DNA of 62,920 bases, filler included, from Reticulomyxa filosa (lineage: Eukaryota > Protista > Foraminifera): assembly GCA_000512085.1 (NCBI GenBank). It is 18 parts of 18 records of this genome, joined end to end, with 100 filler letters (N's around TTAATTAATTAA, not from the genome) between each part and the next. Parts side by side here need not be neighbours in the genome. Positions count along the whole stretch, not along the records: positions 1 to 3,871 come from ASPP01008803.1; positions 3,972 to 5,587 come from ASPP01004465.1; positions 5,688 to 9,261 come from ASPP01005732.1; positions 9,362 to 10,395 come from ASPP01049111.1; positions 10,496 to 12,349 come from ASPP01008542.1; positions 12,450 to 25,421 come from ASPP01008223.1; 12 more parts are not named here. One strand, written 5' to 3'. Every line of letters starts with the position of its first letter. Position 1 is the stretch's first letter. The notes below the pieces were generated by a model, which saw nothing but the letters and a program-made list of their open reading frames with translations, made no database searches and had not been told where the DNA came from. Below, piece by piece: positions 1-12,654 of the stretch. Both the position numbers and the translations under genes were made by a program.

Positions 1-2
1 CC

Positions 3-611
3 GACAACAACAACAATAATAATAATAATAATAATAATAATAACGGCAATTCACAAATAGTACCGGCACTTGATGGTCTTCTCAATAAATTGCCAAAGAT
101 TTTGGAGAGTGAAGAAAGTCTCGAAGTCGACACGAATCAAAACGTCCGAAACGAAGTTGCACGTGCCAATGCGAATACGAATACGAATGCGAATGGTCGC
201 AATCTAACTATCGATACTACGAACACTGCAGCTGCAACAACAACAACAACAACAACAGCGACAGCAATCCAGAATGAAAATGCACAGAAAAATAATGAAA
301 GCAACAAAATACTAACTCAAGCAACAGACAACAATGTCTTACAATCGCCTTCATTGTCCCCACAGTCACAAGCTGTCATGATCGAAGATGAATTTCCTTT
401 CGAAGTCGATATGAGCGTTGGCGAGAAGGAAAAACCAAGCGAAATGGAAGAAAGCCACTCTTTTCATATCACAAATCACAACAACTCAATCAAAGCGGAC
501 CAAACGGATTATTTTGATCTTTACGCTGAAAAAGAAAAAGAAAAAGAATTATCTTGGTCACGCTCCAATTCTGAATGGTTAATGGTACCTTTGCCTCCCA
601 ATAGTGCCTAA
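3..611 (+). CDS. 3' end of a low-complexity (poly-Asn/Thr) protein of unknown function; 5' partial
   Basis: Frame is open from position 3 through (AAC/AAT)n to TAA at 611, followed by T-rich UTR-like sequence. Confidence 0.55.
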   Translation, partial: DNNNNNNNNNNNNNGNSQIVPALDGLLNKLPKILESEESLEVDTNQNVRNEVARANANTNTNANGRNLTIDTTNTAAATTTTTTTATAIQNENAQKNNESNKILTQATDNNVLQSPSLSPQSQAVMIEDEFPFEVDMSVGEKEKPSEMEESHSFHITNHNNSIKADQTDYFDLYAEKEKEKELSWSRSNSEWLMVPLPPNSA

Positions 612-2909
612 TATTATATAACTTGTGATCAAAAAAAATCTAAAAAATAGGGGAAAAAAAATATATACATTATATCATAATTTTCCCCCCCCCTCTCAAA
701 TGTTCACTGTTCTTTCGCTTTTTTTTTTTTGGTCATTGTTTACTTTTTTTTTTCTTTTTCTGCTCATTTGCTTTTTTTTTCTTTAGTTTTATATTGTACA
801 AGCTTATGGTAAGCACTTGATAGATTATTGTTCGCATTTATCTTTTTACCTTCTTTTTTGAGTTCTATTTTCAATGTTCGAGAAGAGACTGTTCGTCACT
901 ATTTTAATGAACTTTGTGCAAGATATATTCATATTAGCTTTACTGATTTACTTTTACATTATTGTGCAAGGTTACAACAATTTCTTTCAGTTGAATCTTA
1001 TCAAACATGAAATTAATACAATCGACGCAAAAAAAAAATTAAAATAATATCATATAAACATTTATAGGTTCATAAAAATCACATTTTTTCAAAATTTTCA
1101 TTTTCTTTGCAAAGAAGTTAATAATTTGAAAAAAAATTCTATTGTATGAATGCTATAATGTTTAGTACAAGCTCTTGTGGAAACAGTAAGCAAATCTACT
1201 GTCCAGTGCGTTCAAAACTGTCCAAGTGAAGTTGAAATGTGCAAATATGTATATTTGTGAGTACATACAGTTTTGCATGCAACGTGTAAATACAGACAAA
1301 ACTGTCGCGAGCTTATAATATATATACGTTATCTTGTTGATATATTTCTTGAAACGCCAAAAGTGCTGATTTAAATTGCATAATATTTCTACGAAATACA
1401 CGTTTTTCTTAAAATTGTGAACCTTCATTCAACTTTTCTTTGATACTGTTTTCTTTTTGTGATCAATTGTCTTTAAGTTTATTTGACGTCCGTTTCGTCA
1501 AATATTCTTTCCCTACGACAGAAAAGTAAAAAAAAGTCTCTTAACAACTACTTTGACTACTTTTGAAAAAAATTATACTTATTTTTATCACATAAAACTA
1601 ATCACACTTGAACATTTGCAACAACTAACTAAAGACAATGTTTTATTTTAACAAGAAAATACAATCTGATTTATCATTGCACACACTTCATTGTAAAAAT
1701 TTTTACATGATAAAAATTAATACATTTGATGTAGTCTAATCTTTGCGAAAATAATAAAAGTGTGTGATATTGATTTGTTATAAAAGACCAAATTAACTTT
1801 TTGTTATTTCAAAACAGATTTTTTTATTAATATTGTCATTACATTTGTTTTTTCATTTACTTCATGATGACAACACTTTTTTTACACTTGATCTAGTCAA
1901 AAATTTCTTCGAATCTGCAACTTCAAATCTTCACCTGATTTGCACACAACAGCAAGATCCAAACAGTTATAACTTTTTGAATGAAAATAAATTACATAAT
2001 AAATAATAAATAAAAAAAAATTACTATATTATCCTGATAGTTTTTAATAGTTTAATAAATTATTAGTTTGGAAAATAAAGTAAGTGTATTCTAAGTAAAC
2101 ATATAATCGTTAGAACATGTTTTAAATCTATGCACATGTAGTGTAAATACATATTATAAATTACAAAATTCTAATTGAACTTTGTAGCACACATTATGCT
2201 AAACTTTCTTCAAAAACACTAATAACTTTTTTCTATTAGTTTATTTATGAAAAAGAAATATTTTTTAAATTCTTTTTCCAAATAATATTTGCATATTTGT
2301 TAATCTAAAAATATATTTGGTTTTTGATAAAGATTTGTAAGAGCTATTGCTGCTGAAGGAGACTGCTCTAAATGTAATACGAAAAGTGATAAACTCTTTC
2401 GAGCAGATTTTCAATAACTCAAAGTAATTTAAATAAATAAAGACGAAATGGCAAAAACAACAACGAAAGAGTAAAGGGAAAAAACACAAGAAAGGTTGTT
2501 GTGAAGAGTTTTGAAAGTTTAACCCACAGTGAGCCCATCAGCTCCTTTTACTTTATAGGAGCTTCTCCTACAGATGTAGCAAACAATTAAAAAGTAGTGA
2601 TTTTTTGAAAATTTGAATAAAGTAATATTATGTTTTTTCTGGATATACTTAAAAAATTTTTATTTTCACGAATAAACTCATAAATGTTTATGTATGTTCA
2701 CTTTATGTGATGTCTTTTTTTTTATATCAATTGTATTTTGCGAACTCATTTGACACAAATTACTTTACTTATTGAAGTAGAAATCAATCGACAAAATATA
2801 TCATCAATTCAGAACAAATGTTTCAAGAGAAAAAAAACACAACAAATATTTCGAAATTTCATCTGTACACGAAAAATATTTCTTTTTTTTTTTTTTAACA
2901 AGATCAGGC

Positions 2910-3850
2910 TCATGAATTTTTCTCACTGCTTTGTACAACTGTCATAAGGCCTTGCAGTGCTTCAACCCAACGTTGACACACCTCATGCGAAACTGTCTCC
3001 AAGCACACATAGAAATCTTTGCTATTTGGATCTATAGCAATAATTTGGATGCACTTCTCAGGAGGTACACCCTTTAACCATGGATGATCATTTCCCGGTT
3101 TGATAGCCTTCACTGAAGTCATGAAGATTTGTTTAGCTTGTTTATCCGCGTCTGACGCTCTGGTGTCGTCGGGGTTTTGTAATAACAACTTTGTGCACGT
3201 GTCATCCACACGAAGGATTTTTTTGTGAGGATTTGTGCCTCGTCCTTTGTGTTTAATCACAATAGTACCTCCGGTTAACAATCGCAGATACGCACGGTCC
3301 AAACGATCACTAATAGGCACGGAATAGTGATTGGCTCCGACAAGTACAGCATTTTTCTGTGATTTCAAACGATAAGCTTTGACAAATTCCTGCCATTCTT
3401 TTTGTACAGCTCGATCGTCTTTGTCTTCTTGCGCGAGCTCTTCGAAAATAGAATAAGCATTTGTTTTGAAGCATTCCTCGCCTGTGCGACTTTCAGTATA
3501 CAACAAATTGGTCATTGTTCGAAGATAACGTGCCAACAGATTTTTTCGATCTTTGTTATCCATTGCGGATTTGACTATGACAGCTACTGCACCACGTTTG
3601 ACCAAGTATCTCGAAGCAACCGGATACAATGACATACTTGACAATGCAGTGGCAGCGTTTTGTAAAAACATAACTTCGGTGTGCTTTTCAATGGCTTTCA
3701 ACAATGGCACTGCGGCTTTATGGGCATACGCTTGTGAATTTTCTTCCGCGCTGCATAAATTGACAATAACTTTCATAACTTCATTGTACAACTCCAAATT
3801 GGCCCAGTTATTGTTTTCCAGTGAAATTCGTATCATTAGATCAATCACAC
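2910..3850 (-). CDS. Last exon of an ARM-repeat protein with a C-terminal PH-like domain; 5' partial
   Basis: Helical ARM-like repeats (LQNAATALSSMS, LVKRGAVAVIV), then a PH-like domain (LTGGTIVIKHKGRG...KKILRVD...CQRWVEALQGL). CAG acceptor at about 3851. Confidence 0.7.
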
Positions 3851-3871
3851 CTGTTGGTTTTTTTTTTTTTT

Positions 3872-3971
3872 NNNNNNNNNNNNNNNNNNNNNNNNNNNNN
3901 NNNNNNNNNNNNNNNTTAATTAATTAANNNNNNNNNNNNNNNNNNNNNNNNNNNNNNNNNNNNNNNNNNNN
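3872..3971. other. Artificial contig-joining spacer (N44-TTAATTAATTAA-N44); first of 17
   Basis: Identical 100-bp spacers, with stops in all six frames, at 3872, 5588, 9262, 10396, 12350, 25422, 29691, 33324, 34645, 36894, 40870, 43806, 45007, 46861, 54444, 57107 and 61562. Adjacency across them is not biological. Confidence 0.98.
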
Positions 3972-3992
3972 AACAACAACAAAGAGACAAAC

Positions 3993-4521
3993 TCCAAGCC
4001 AAATGGCCACATTGTCATACGACTCAATAGAAGCGTATCCATATAATTGGTCGGCCAACGAGAATTGGACGATGGATGGATTATCTGCTTTACTATCGTC
4101 AGTATTCGATCCACTACTTGTCAAGTCTTTTTTTTGCTTTTTCAAATGCTCGCACACTTCGATGTTTTTTTTCATTTCCTCGATTTGGTCTTTTAACATT
4201 ACCTTTTGTTTTATCAGTTGACTTTCCATTAATCGATACTTCCTTTTTTTTTTTTTTTTTTGTTGTTTTTATTTATCGCTTTGGCACGCCTTTGGTCTTT
4301 GATTTTTTATTGTTATACCCTCCACGCTGTCTTAGTTCCTCCACTACTGCTTGCACATTTTGCTTCGATGCAACTTCGTACGGATCTTCCTGTTTTCAGT
4401 GTTCAGTTTCCCACGTCATTTTTTTTTCGTGTGGTTATATTGATATTTAAACTATATATGGGGCAGCTGGGATTTTCCTTGAGTTGGACACTTTCTCCTC
4501 GTCACTTTTTTTTTCGGTCAT
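3993..4521 (-). CDS. PFDN3: Prefoldin subunit 3 (VBP1); multi-exon, 3' truncated
   Basis: Exon 1 from ATG 4521 reads MTEKKSDEEKVSNSRKIPAAPYI; the next exon reads EDPYEV...VVEELRQR; a later exon has QFSLADQLYGYASIESYDNVAIWLG, matching the PFDN3 motif F.LAD.LY..A.....V.LWLG. Confidence 0.85.
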
Positions 4522-4842
4522 GGCTGAAAATGATAATTTTTTCAACTTTGTGTGCAGACCCTGTTTGGTGTCGCACGTCTTTTACATAATATTACTATTT
4601 TTTTAATATAAAAACAAGCCTGATCAATCGTCTTTGCTTTTTGTCTAGTATCAAAATTTTTCTGGCATATTTGTGCATATTACCTTTTTCATTTCTGTGG
4701 AATGTATTTCCTGCAAAGGAAATAGCGTCTTAAGACCAGGGAGTTACAAAAAGTTCGGAAAAATCCTTTACGGTACGGTTTTTCTAAGGAGTATTCTTTC
4801 ACTTTTCGCTAGCAGAAGGCGTGCCCAAAAAAAGATATTTCC

Positions 4843-5471
4843 ATGTTGATGTGCAACAAGGACGGCTTTTTCTCTCAAAACGAATGTGGAATCAAGTCAC
4901 TCACACCAACCAGTTCTAGTGATTCTGACGACGATTTGGGCAAGTGTCCCTTACTGTTCACAGCATCAGAACCATCTTCTACTGATGCAAAAGAACATAG
5001 ACCAATATCATTGAATTTTATTTCCACCCTAACGCTGAGTAGTCTCAAAACTTCGCATTCTGATGAGCCACTTATCACGGTGGATGCTGGTGCGACTTTT
5101 TAGACCTGACAAAACTTTTTTTATTTAAAAAAAAAAAAAAACTGGTCATTTTTTTTTTTTGTGTGCTTTTTGTAATGCAGGAGGAGAAATTAATTTTGTA
5201 AAGCAATACAAGTTAATAAAGCCGTTAATGGAAGGATCATCTTCAATGGTATATATTGTACAATCCAACGAAGGCGGAAAAAACCGATTTGATGCTATGA
5301 AGATCATTTCAGTTGCAAACCAGTTTTTTTTTTGTTTTGCCATGGGGTACTTTTTTTTTCATAATGAAAAGTATACGTTTTGAATAATAAAAAAAAAAAA
5401 AAATAACAGAGAGAAGCAATGGAAACAAATGAATCCTTGTTCTGGACAGAAATTGATCATTTATTTAATTT
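4843..5471 (+). CDS. Ser/Thr protein kinase, N-terminal exons (subdomains I-III); 3' truncated
   Basis: YKLIKPLMEGSSSMVY (Gly loop), AMKII (VAIK Lys) and FWTEIDHL (alphaC Glu) lie in exons at about 4843-5089, 5181-5310 and 5410-5471, separated by GT-AG introns. Confidence 0.75.
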
Positions 5472-5769
5472 GTATGACGTATTCGGAGTAGTCAAGTGAA
5501 TCATTAAAAAAAAAAAAAAAAAAGAATACGTTCAAAAAAAACAATTTATTTTGACAAAAACAATAAAAAAAAAAAAAAATAATTTATNNNNNNNNNNNNN
5601 NNNNNNNNNNNNNNNNNNNNNNNNNNNNNNNTTAATTAATTAANNNNNNNNNNNNNNNNNNNNNNNNNNNNNNNNNNNNNNNNNNNNAAAAAAAAAAAAA
5701 AAAAAAAATGAACTTTCATTCCAATAGTTAAACTTTTTTTTTTTTTATGTGTGTGTGAAAAAATATGAA

Positions 5770-6239
5770 CGGGGATTAGCCTAAAGAAAAAATGGGATAT
5801 AATATATTCCAAAACGAAAGAACATTCGTGGCACTTGGGACAGTACGTGGCGTTGTATAAATTGGTGTGTGCCATTGTACGTCGGATATTTGGTACGCCC
5901 AATCATTGGCTGGTCCACTTTTTAAGTGGCGCAATTGCAGGGGGTATCATTTGGGGAGAAAAGACTGCGGTGAATCATCAGATTAACTTGTATGTGTTTT
6001 CCAGAATTTGCTTTAGTATGGCGTTGTCTGGGATCGAACGAGGCTATTGGAAAAATTACAGCTCCTATGGCTATAAAGTATTTGCGGTTCTCATCTGGGC
6101 AATTGTCATGTATTTGTTTGAATACGAAGAACACAATGTCAATCCATCTTTGAAGGAATCCATGGATTATTTGTATCACAATGACAAAGATGTCACTGAT
6201 TGGACTGTCAATTCTGTTCTCAACTTTTTTAAGGCGTAA
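5770..6239 (+). CDS. PXMP4: Peroxisomal membrane protein 4 (PMP24, Tim17-family fold), C-terminal exon; 5' partial
   Basis: FLSGAIAGGIIWGEKTAVNHQINLYVFSRI and LIWAIVMYLFE...SLKESMDYLY are characteristic PXMP4 motifs. Confidence 0.85.
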
Positions 6240-8372
6240 CTTTGTCCATTTTTTTCTTTCTTTACCTATCCCCTCTTCTACTATTCCTCAACTTGCCATG
6301 CAAAAGGAAAAAAAAATTCATTGCTTTAACTATTCATTTTTTTCTTTAGTCTTTAATAAATTAGAAAAAAAAAAAAAAGGATCAAAAACTTATTTCCATT
6401 TTTTCTGTGTTCAGCTGGAGAACACTATGGAAAAAAAAATAATGAGTAACAAAGATTTTTTTTGTACACTGCGCTTTTTGTTTGTTTTGCGCAAGGCCGC
6501 ACCAAGTATTGTTCGTGGCCAAAGTGTGTATCTTATCATTATTTGAATTTAATTGTTGAGATGGTCTTTATGTTATGGCCGAGCATAAACAGATATTTGT
6601 TGCTTCATGTGCGACAATCACGTTTTGAGGTTGTTGAAAGAAAAAGTTGAAAGTGGTACTTATAAATTTTACACCCCACAATTAAAAGAGATATAATCAC
6701 ATCTTTTTACAACACACCTTTTCGAAAATAAAATTAATCCTCCAATAATTAATATCAATCGTTGCGTTCAATGAATTGTTATAATTTTATTATGTTATTT
6801 GATTTCGATATTTTCTTTAGTTTATTTTGCAAATTCAAATTTAGTAGGTACATTATGAATATATTCATAATACATTGCATTAGACCAAATTCTAAGTAAT
6901 TGATTTTTTCGTGAGCACAAACATTTCATCCAGCTTTTTTAAAATTAACTACTTATTGTTCTTTTTTAATTGTTTGTATCATAAAATTTTTTTAAATAGA
7001 AATTGCTATTTCTTCTTCAGAAATAGTGTTATTTGTAAAATGCAATGTTTTTGTAATGATTAAAGTAAAAGTTAAAACTTTATTTTGGCTCTTTTCTGTT
7101 TTTGCAATAATTTAATGGTCTTTGAATTTTATCTTAAAAAATTATGATAAATCCAACAAAGATAAATATCAATGAATTAAAAATGCACAAGTTTGACTAA
7201 TTTAACAGTAAGAAAATTTGTGATGTGGAATTATACTTCATGTATCACCAAAAACAAAATATAACAGAACAAAAGAGTTTTTGAAACCAAAAATTGCATT
7301 TCTTTTGGAGTATGTTTTTAAAAATAAATTTTTCAAAACGGATTTTATTCTGGGACGTTTGATTAAAAAATATATCAATTGACATATACAGACGAAAGCA
7401 GTCGTAATATAAGTGCTTGATATTACTAATCTTTTTTTTATTTGTTTTTGAATTATTATTTGATTATACCATAAAAATTGGTTAATTTGAATTATATAGT
7501 ACATAGCTACAAATTTACATTAATTTTGCTCAACTTTTCATCAAATTCTACATTTATGATCAGTCGTAAGGAATATATTGATCATTGTCTACTATGTTAG
7601 GAGACACTTTTACATCACTAAGTTTTGTGTTGACTTTTTGTTACTATTATTGTTTGTTTATTTTGTGTTATTTTTCATATCTCTGTATTAAAATCATTGT
7701 GATTTGATTTTTTTGTTCTAAATTCCTTTGATTGTTTGCGTTATCATGCTTTGTCGACAATAATACTTGTTGAGATTCAAGACAATATGTCAGAGTCAGT
7801 AAGTGTTTAATTTTTTTTTATCAATGTGAGCCACTATTTGGCAATACTTATTAACATGACCGTATTTTTATGATTGTGGTTCGGTGATATATCTCATTCT
7901 TTAGCTTAATATCTTTTATAACCACTTTCCTTGATTATAATTTTTCTTTTTTGAAACAAGTTGTGGTCGATTTCTTCAAAAAGGTAGTCTAGATATTTAC
8001 ACTTGAAATTGACAATAAAAAATGCAAAAAGATTATGCGAACTAAAAATTCCAAATGTCTACAATTTGTAGTAAAAAATTGGTCGACTTTCTTTGAAGAA
8101 CGGAATTTTCTTTTTGATTCAAAAAAGACGCAAACCAGAAACAGGGTCAAAACCCCATCAAACAATGTGGCACCACATGAAAACCAAAAAATTACATTAA
8201 AAGACGCAACTCAAAACAGAAACAAAACATTGAGAATGGAATTAAAAGAAAAGGAAGAGAGTAGAGAGATATAGGGGAGAGGAGACAAGAAGATAATGAA
8301 CAAAACAGATCAATATAGCAACAAAAAAAAAACAAACGCAAAACATGTTATTTAAAAAAATAAAAAAAGTTT

Positions 8373-9215
8373 TCAATAAAAGACAATTCGTTTATCATAA
8401 AAAGTTTTGTCCAGAGTGTTATCATCAGAAATGGTGTTAGCAGGACTACTTTGTGTGTTTGTGAATTTATGAACATAAAATTTGATGGCATCTCTACGAT
8501 GCACCAATCCTTGAGAAAAAACTTCATTTAATATGTCCACTCCCGCTTTGGTGATTTTGGTGCCTTCCATCGATATTTTCTTGAGTCTAGTTGTTCCTTC
8601 TTTCATTAAATTTGGATCAAACAAATGTGAAAAGCCTATAATGTATACACTTTACAGATGTATATAACGATATTCCAATTTATTTTTTTTTTTTACTTAA
8701 ATATTAAAAAAAGTTTCACCCTTGGCACAAGTTCAGTGCTCCCCCTTTTCTCCAAAAAAAAAAAAAAAAAAAAAAAAAGGGAATAACTTTTGCGATCATT
8801 GAAAAAGGAACAATTTTGAAACAAATGAAAAATCGCTTTGCAAGTGCCATCACCGATATTCGTATGATCCAAGTAAAGAGTCTTCAATGAGGGTAATTTC
8901 TTGGCGATGCAAGTGCATAAATCCTCGGCGATATCATCATTGAGTTTGCGATTTCCGGTGAAGTTGATGACCGTGATGGGACTGTAGGCATTGCGTTTGT
9001 GCAATGCGTCAAGCAGTCCGCGCAATTTGGTACTCGTCAAATCGCTGTTGCTAAAATCCAGTTCGGCCAGACTGCTGTACTCGCTGACGAGCACCGATTC
9101 CAGCCAACCCAATGGATTTTTGCTGTTATAAGTGAACCACGCCACTTCCAATCGCAGCAAATTAACGAAGCAATCTTCAAATTCTTTGACCATTACTTGT
9201 TCTTTTTCCGTTAAG
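8373..9215 (-). CDS. RNI-like leucine-rich repeat protein, last two exons; 5' partial
   Basis: LRR units LAELDFSNSDL, ITVINFTGNRKL, LKTLYLDHTNIGD and LKKISMEGTKIT. Confidence 0.75.
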
Positions 9216-9223
9216 TCTTTTTC

Positions 9224-9260
<37 letters not shown>

Positions 9261-9361
9261 ANNNNNNNNNNNNNNNNNNNNNNNNNNNNNNNNNNNNNNN
9301 NNNNNTTAATTAATTAANNNNNNNNNNNNNNNNNNNNNNNNNNNNNNNNNNNNNNNNNNNN

Positions 9362-10395
9362 ACAATGACAATATCATGGAATACGTTTGTCAGCTACTAT
9401 CTCAGACACACATGGAAATCGAGAATGTGGAAGTGTGTGCAATGTCCACAATTCTGTAACAGCGTAAGAAGAGTGTCTTTGATGCAATTAAAAAATTCAC
9501 GTATACGCATTTTTAAAAGCACATTAATAATCGACCCAATGCAATCCAATGAAAGTGCAAATACAAAAATGCCAATGAATATTTTCAAATCTACATCGAG
9601 CATGTTATCAACATCATGTGCACGAATCATCAAATCAAAATGCAGGTAAATAACAATGATTGAAAGATTTAATTGAAGAAAAAAAAATGTTCATAAAAAA
9701 AAAGGGAGGTTTACGTATATCAAGAATAATAAGGAGGATGAGAGATTGTATATATGGTTGATTTGATTTAAGATGGATTTTTTTTTAAAAAAACAAAAAC
9801 ATAGTGACTTAGCGGGTTAGCAAGTATATCACCATATTGTTGGTGCAGAACAAAATTGCATGTGTTGAAGCAATGGCTTGGATGCGGATGTTGGACTTTG
9901 CAAAAATTCAGAATCACAATTCGTTTGGGTTTGTATACGATATGTTGTAAACGTGGAATTGCTGCAACTTTATATAGTATTGGTGTAAAATTCAGTGTTC
10001 GTGACAATGTGTTCATTTGACAGTGGTGTAAATATCATCTCGATTACATCCTCAGCTACTTTTCACTCGCCAATGCACAAATCGGTTTGTAATAACATTT
10101 TGCAAATATTATCCAATATTGCGATGTTAGTTTCTTTTTTTTTACAACATTTTTTTCTTAAATACAAACAAACAAAAAATAAATAAATAGATCTTACGAC
10201 ATAGCGCAGTTTACATTGGACATGGACGGACGAGGACGATTTGACAAATGGACAGGCCAGTTGCGATCGCAGTCGACAAAAAGTCAGTCGTCACGACATG
10301 GCTTAGCACCTGCCTTATGGTGATAGAAGCGCTGTTTGCGCAAATGAGGATGTGTGAAACACAACTGACGAGCAATCGAATTGCAAGTCAGTGGT
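9362..10395 (+). pseudogene. Unidentified degraded coding sequence
   Basis: Exon-like, higher-GC blocks between polyA introns, but every frame is interrupted by stops. No motif recognised. Confidence 0.25.
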
Positions 10396-10519
10396 NNNNN
10401 NNNNNNNNNNNNNNNNNNNNNNNNNNNNNNNNNNNNNNNTTAATTAATTAANNNNNNNNNNNNNNNNNNNNNNNNNNNNNNNNNNNNNNNNNNNNGGGGG
10501 GGGGAAAAGTTTTAGATCA

Positions 10520-11139
10520 AACCTGAACACGCTTGTCATATTGTTGAACCACTCGTCGGATATAACCATATAGTCTGGGTTGCGGTCGAACACGTCTCGA
10601 TCGTCGGCGTAACTTATGTCTCCAACGTGCATGATAAAATCGACACTGTTGTTTGCCTCGCTCACCAAATGCTGCATGCTGGTGATCGTTTCCACACCGT
10701 CCACGCCCAAGTCGCCATAAATGACAAACGACAGTGTGGGCGCTCCGTCGTTCACACTGAAATCGCCTTTGCTCGTGCCGTTGCCGCGGTTGGGCGCAAT
10801 GAACGAGTAAATGCTCGCGTTCGTCCCCGGCTGGTAGTAGTACACTTGTCCTGCGATCAATGGCTCGGTGACACAGTGGTGATATACGTGCGAGTCTGCG
10901 TCGTCCAAGTTAATGCTGTAACCCATTGTCGTCGTGCAGTTCTTTGTCGCTATTCCATTCTTCGTCGTTGACAGGTACAACGTTGGCAACTCGTTGTTTG
11001 GATAGCTTCCCAGTGTCATCCAGGATATCGCTATCTGATTGTTTGGATTTAACGCTATATGTGGCTGCTGTGAGAAGGGAATGCTCCCTCCAAACACTGA
11101 TTCCGCCAATGCTAGGACTAATACACTTGCGACAAACAT
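10520..11139 (-). CDS. Secreted purple acid phosphatase (FN3-like N-domain + metallophosphoesterase); 3' truncated
   Basis: Signal peptide MFVASVLVLALAES; PHIAL..IAISWMT; HHCVTEPLIAGQVYYYQ; metal-binding motifs YGDLG and HVGDISYAD. Confidence 0.9.
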
Positions 11140-11613
11140 TGAAACACAGAAAACTAAAAAGTGATAATTTTTTTTTTTGAGACCTCTAAGCAACTGCAGT
11201 TTTCAGCGACTTGTAATTTTGTTGTTCGTCGCTCATTTGAAGTTTCTATCTTTTTTTCAAATCTAAGATTTCAAAAAGAATAAGATTGCATGTGGTCACG
11301 TGCCATTCGACTTTGTTTCCAATTTTAAGATAAATAATTGTTCTCTAAAAAAATTAAGTTAGAAGGAATCTGTTTGTTTTTTTTTTTGGTAAAATATTTG
11401 TGCAGTTTGTTAGAAAAATAAATATTCAACGAATTATTTGAAACGACATATTGTTGTCATTTTATAAATTGGAGAGGCTCTGAAATATTTTTAAAAAAGA
11501 TTTTTTTAATTCGATAGAATATAAGAAAGGATAAGCAGAATAAAGTGATTGATTGAAACCAAATTAAATTGCATATTTCTTGTAAAAAAAAAAAAAAAAA
11601 ACGGACAAAGATT

Positions 11614-12349
11614 TTACACAGATTTTCGTTGTTGAAAAACGATGTCGTAATTAGTGGTGTCTTGATTTTCAACACAATAATAGTCATTTTTATTGCTAAG
11701 TTCTTTTCTAATATCTCGCAACATTTGTATGAGCGTATAGCCACTCTTATATGTTGATGTGATAATATTGTTCATGGTCTCACTAAACAATGACAAGTCA
11801 ACAGTTTCATTTCCTTTGGTAGTCGACCAAATGATAAAAAATCCATCATCCTTGTGTAATCCTTTTTTTCCTCGCGTTGCAGGTTTTTGAGGCTCTGAAT
11901 CACTCTTATTGCGACAAATATCAATGATAAATATCTTAGGGAAATCTTCAAATGATTGCATTTGACTGCAATTAAAGGAATTTCGAAATTCATCAATGGG
12001 AAAATTTTTTCCGTCACTTGTAATCAATGCATCTCCTTGATCTTTTTGATTTCCATGTCCACAAATAATCAGAATTAATCCGTCATATTTTTTGGTATTT
12101 TTGCGAAGTCCGTGATCGATGATTACTCCATCCATAAATTCTTGAACGTCTTGTTTTGTCATTTTCGGTGACGAATTGTATACAAATGTATAATTCAATT
12201 CTTGTTTAAATAATTGTTCAAAATTTTTAATGTCGTCTTCTTTCACACTTGAAAGATTAGGCCATACTTTATTGTCATTATATTCACTAATTCCAATCAT
12301 TATTACCAATGCATTTTCTATCCTTTTTTTCGTTCCAGTTATCATTGAG
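11614..12349 (-). CDS. Caspase-like (peptidase C14) domain protein with intact His/Cys dyad; 5' partial
   Basis: ALVIMIGISEY, LIICGHG (catalytic His), PKIFIIDICR (catalytic Cys) and a p10-like FFIIWSTTKG. Confidence 0.85.
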
Positions 12350-12654
12350 NNNNNNNNNNNNNNNNNNNNNNNNNNNNNNNNNNNNNNNNNNNNTTAATTA
12401 ATTAANNNNNNNNNNNNNNNNNNNNNNNNNNNNNNNNNNNNNNNNNNNNTTTTTGTCTCTAGTTTGCACTTTAATGATTTCCATTAGAATATCTCTCTTG
12501 GGATAATGTACTTCTAATACATAAGCGAACTTGCAACAGTTCTTGTTCTAACACAAACCAAAGCTGTTTCATTTCCCCTTTCACATTATTTTTATTATCT
12601 TTTTCATATAAGGTCATTCGAGTAAGTACTTGGTAACAATCTGTAAACAAAAAA

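Noticed and set aside
3916-3927. Recurring TTAATTAATTAA motif as a biological repeat or CRISPR-like array
   Set aside because: It is always centred in 44+44 Ns, so it is a synthetic six-frame-stop linker.
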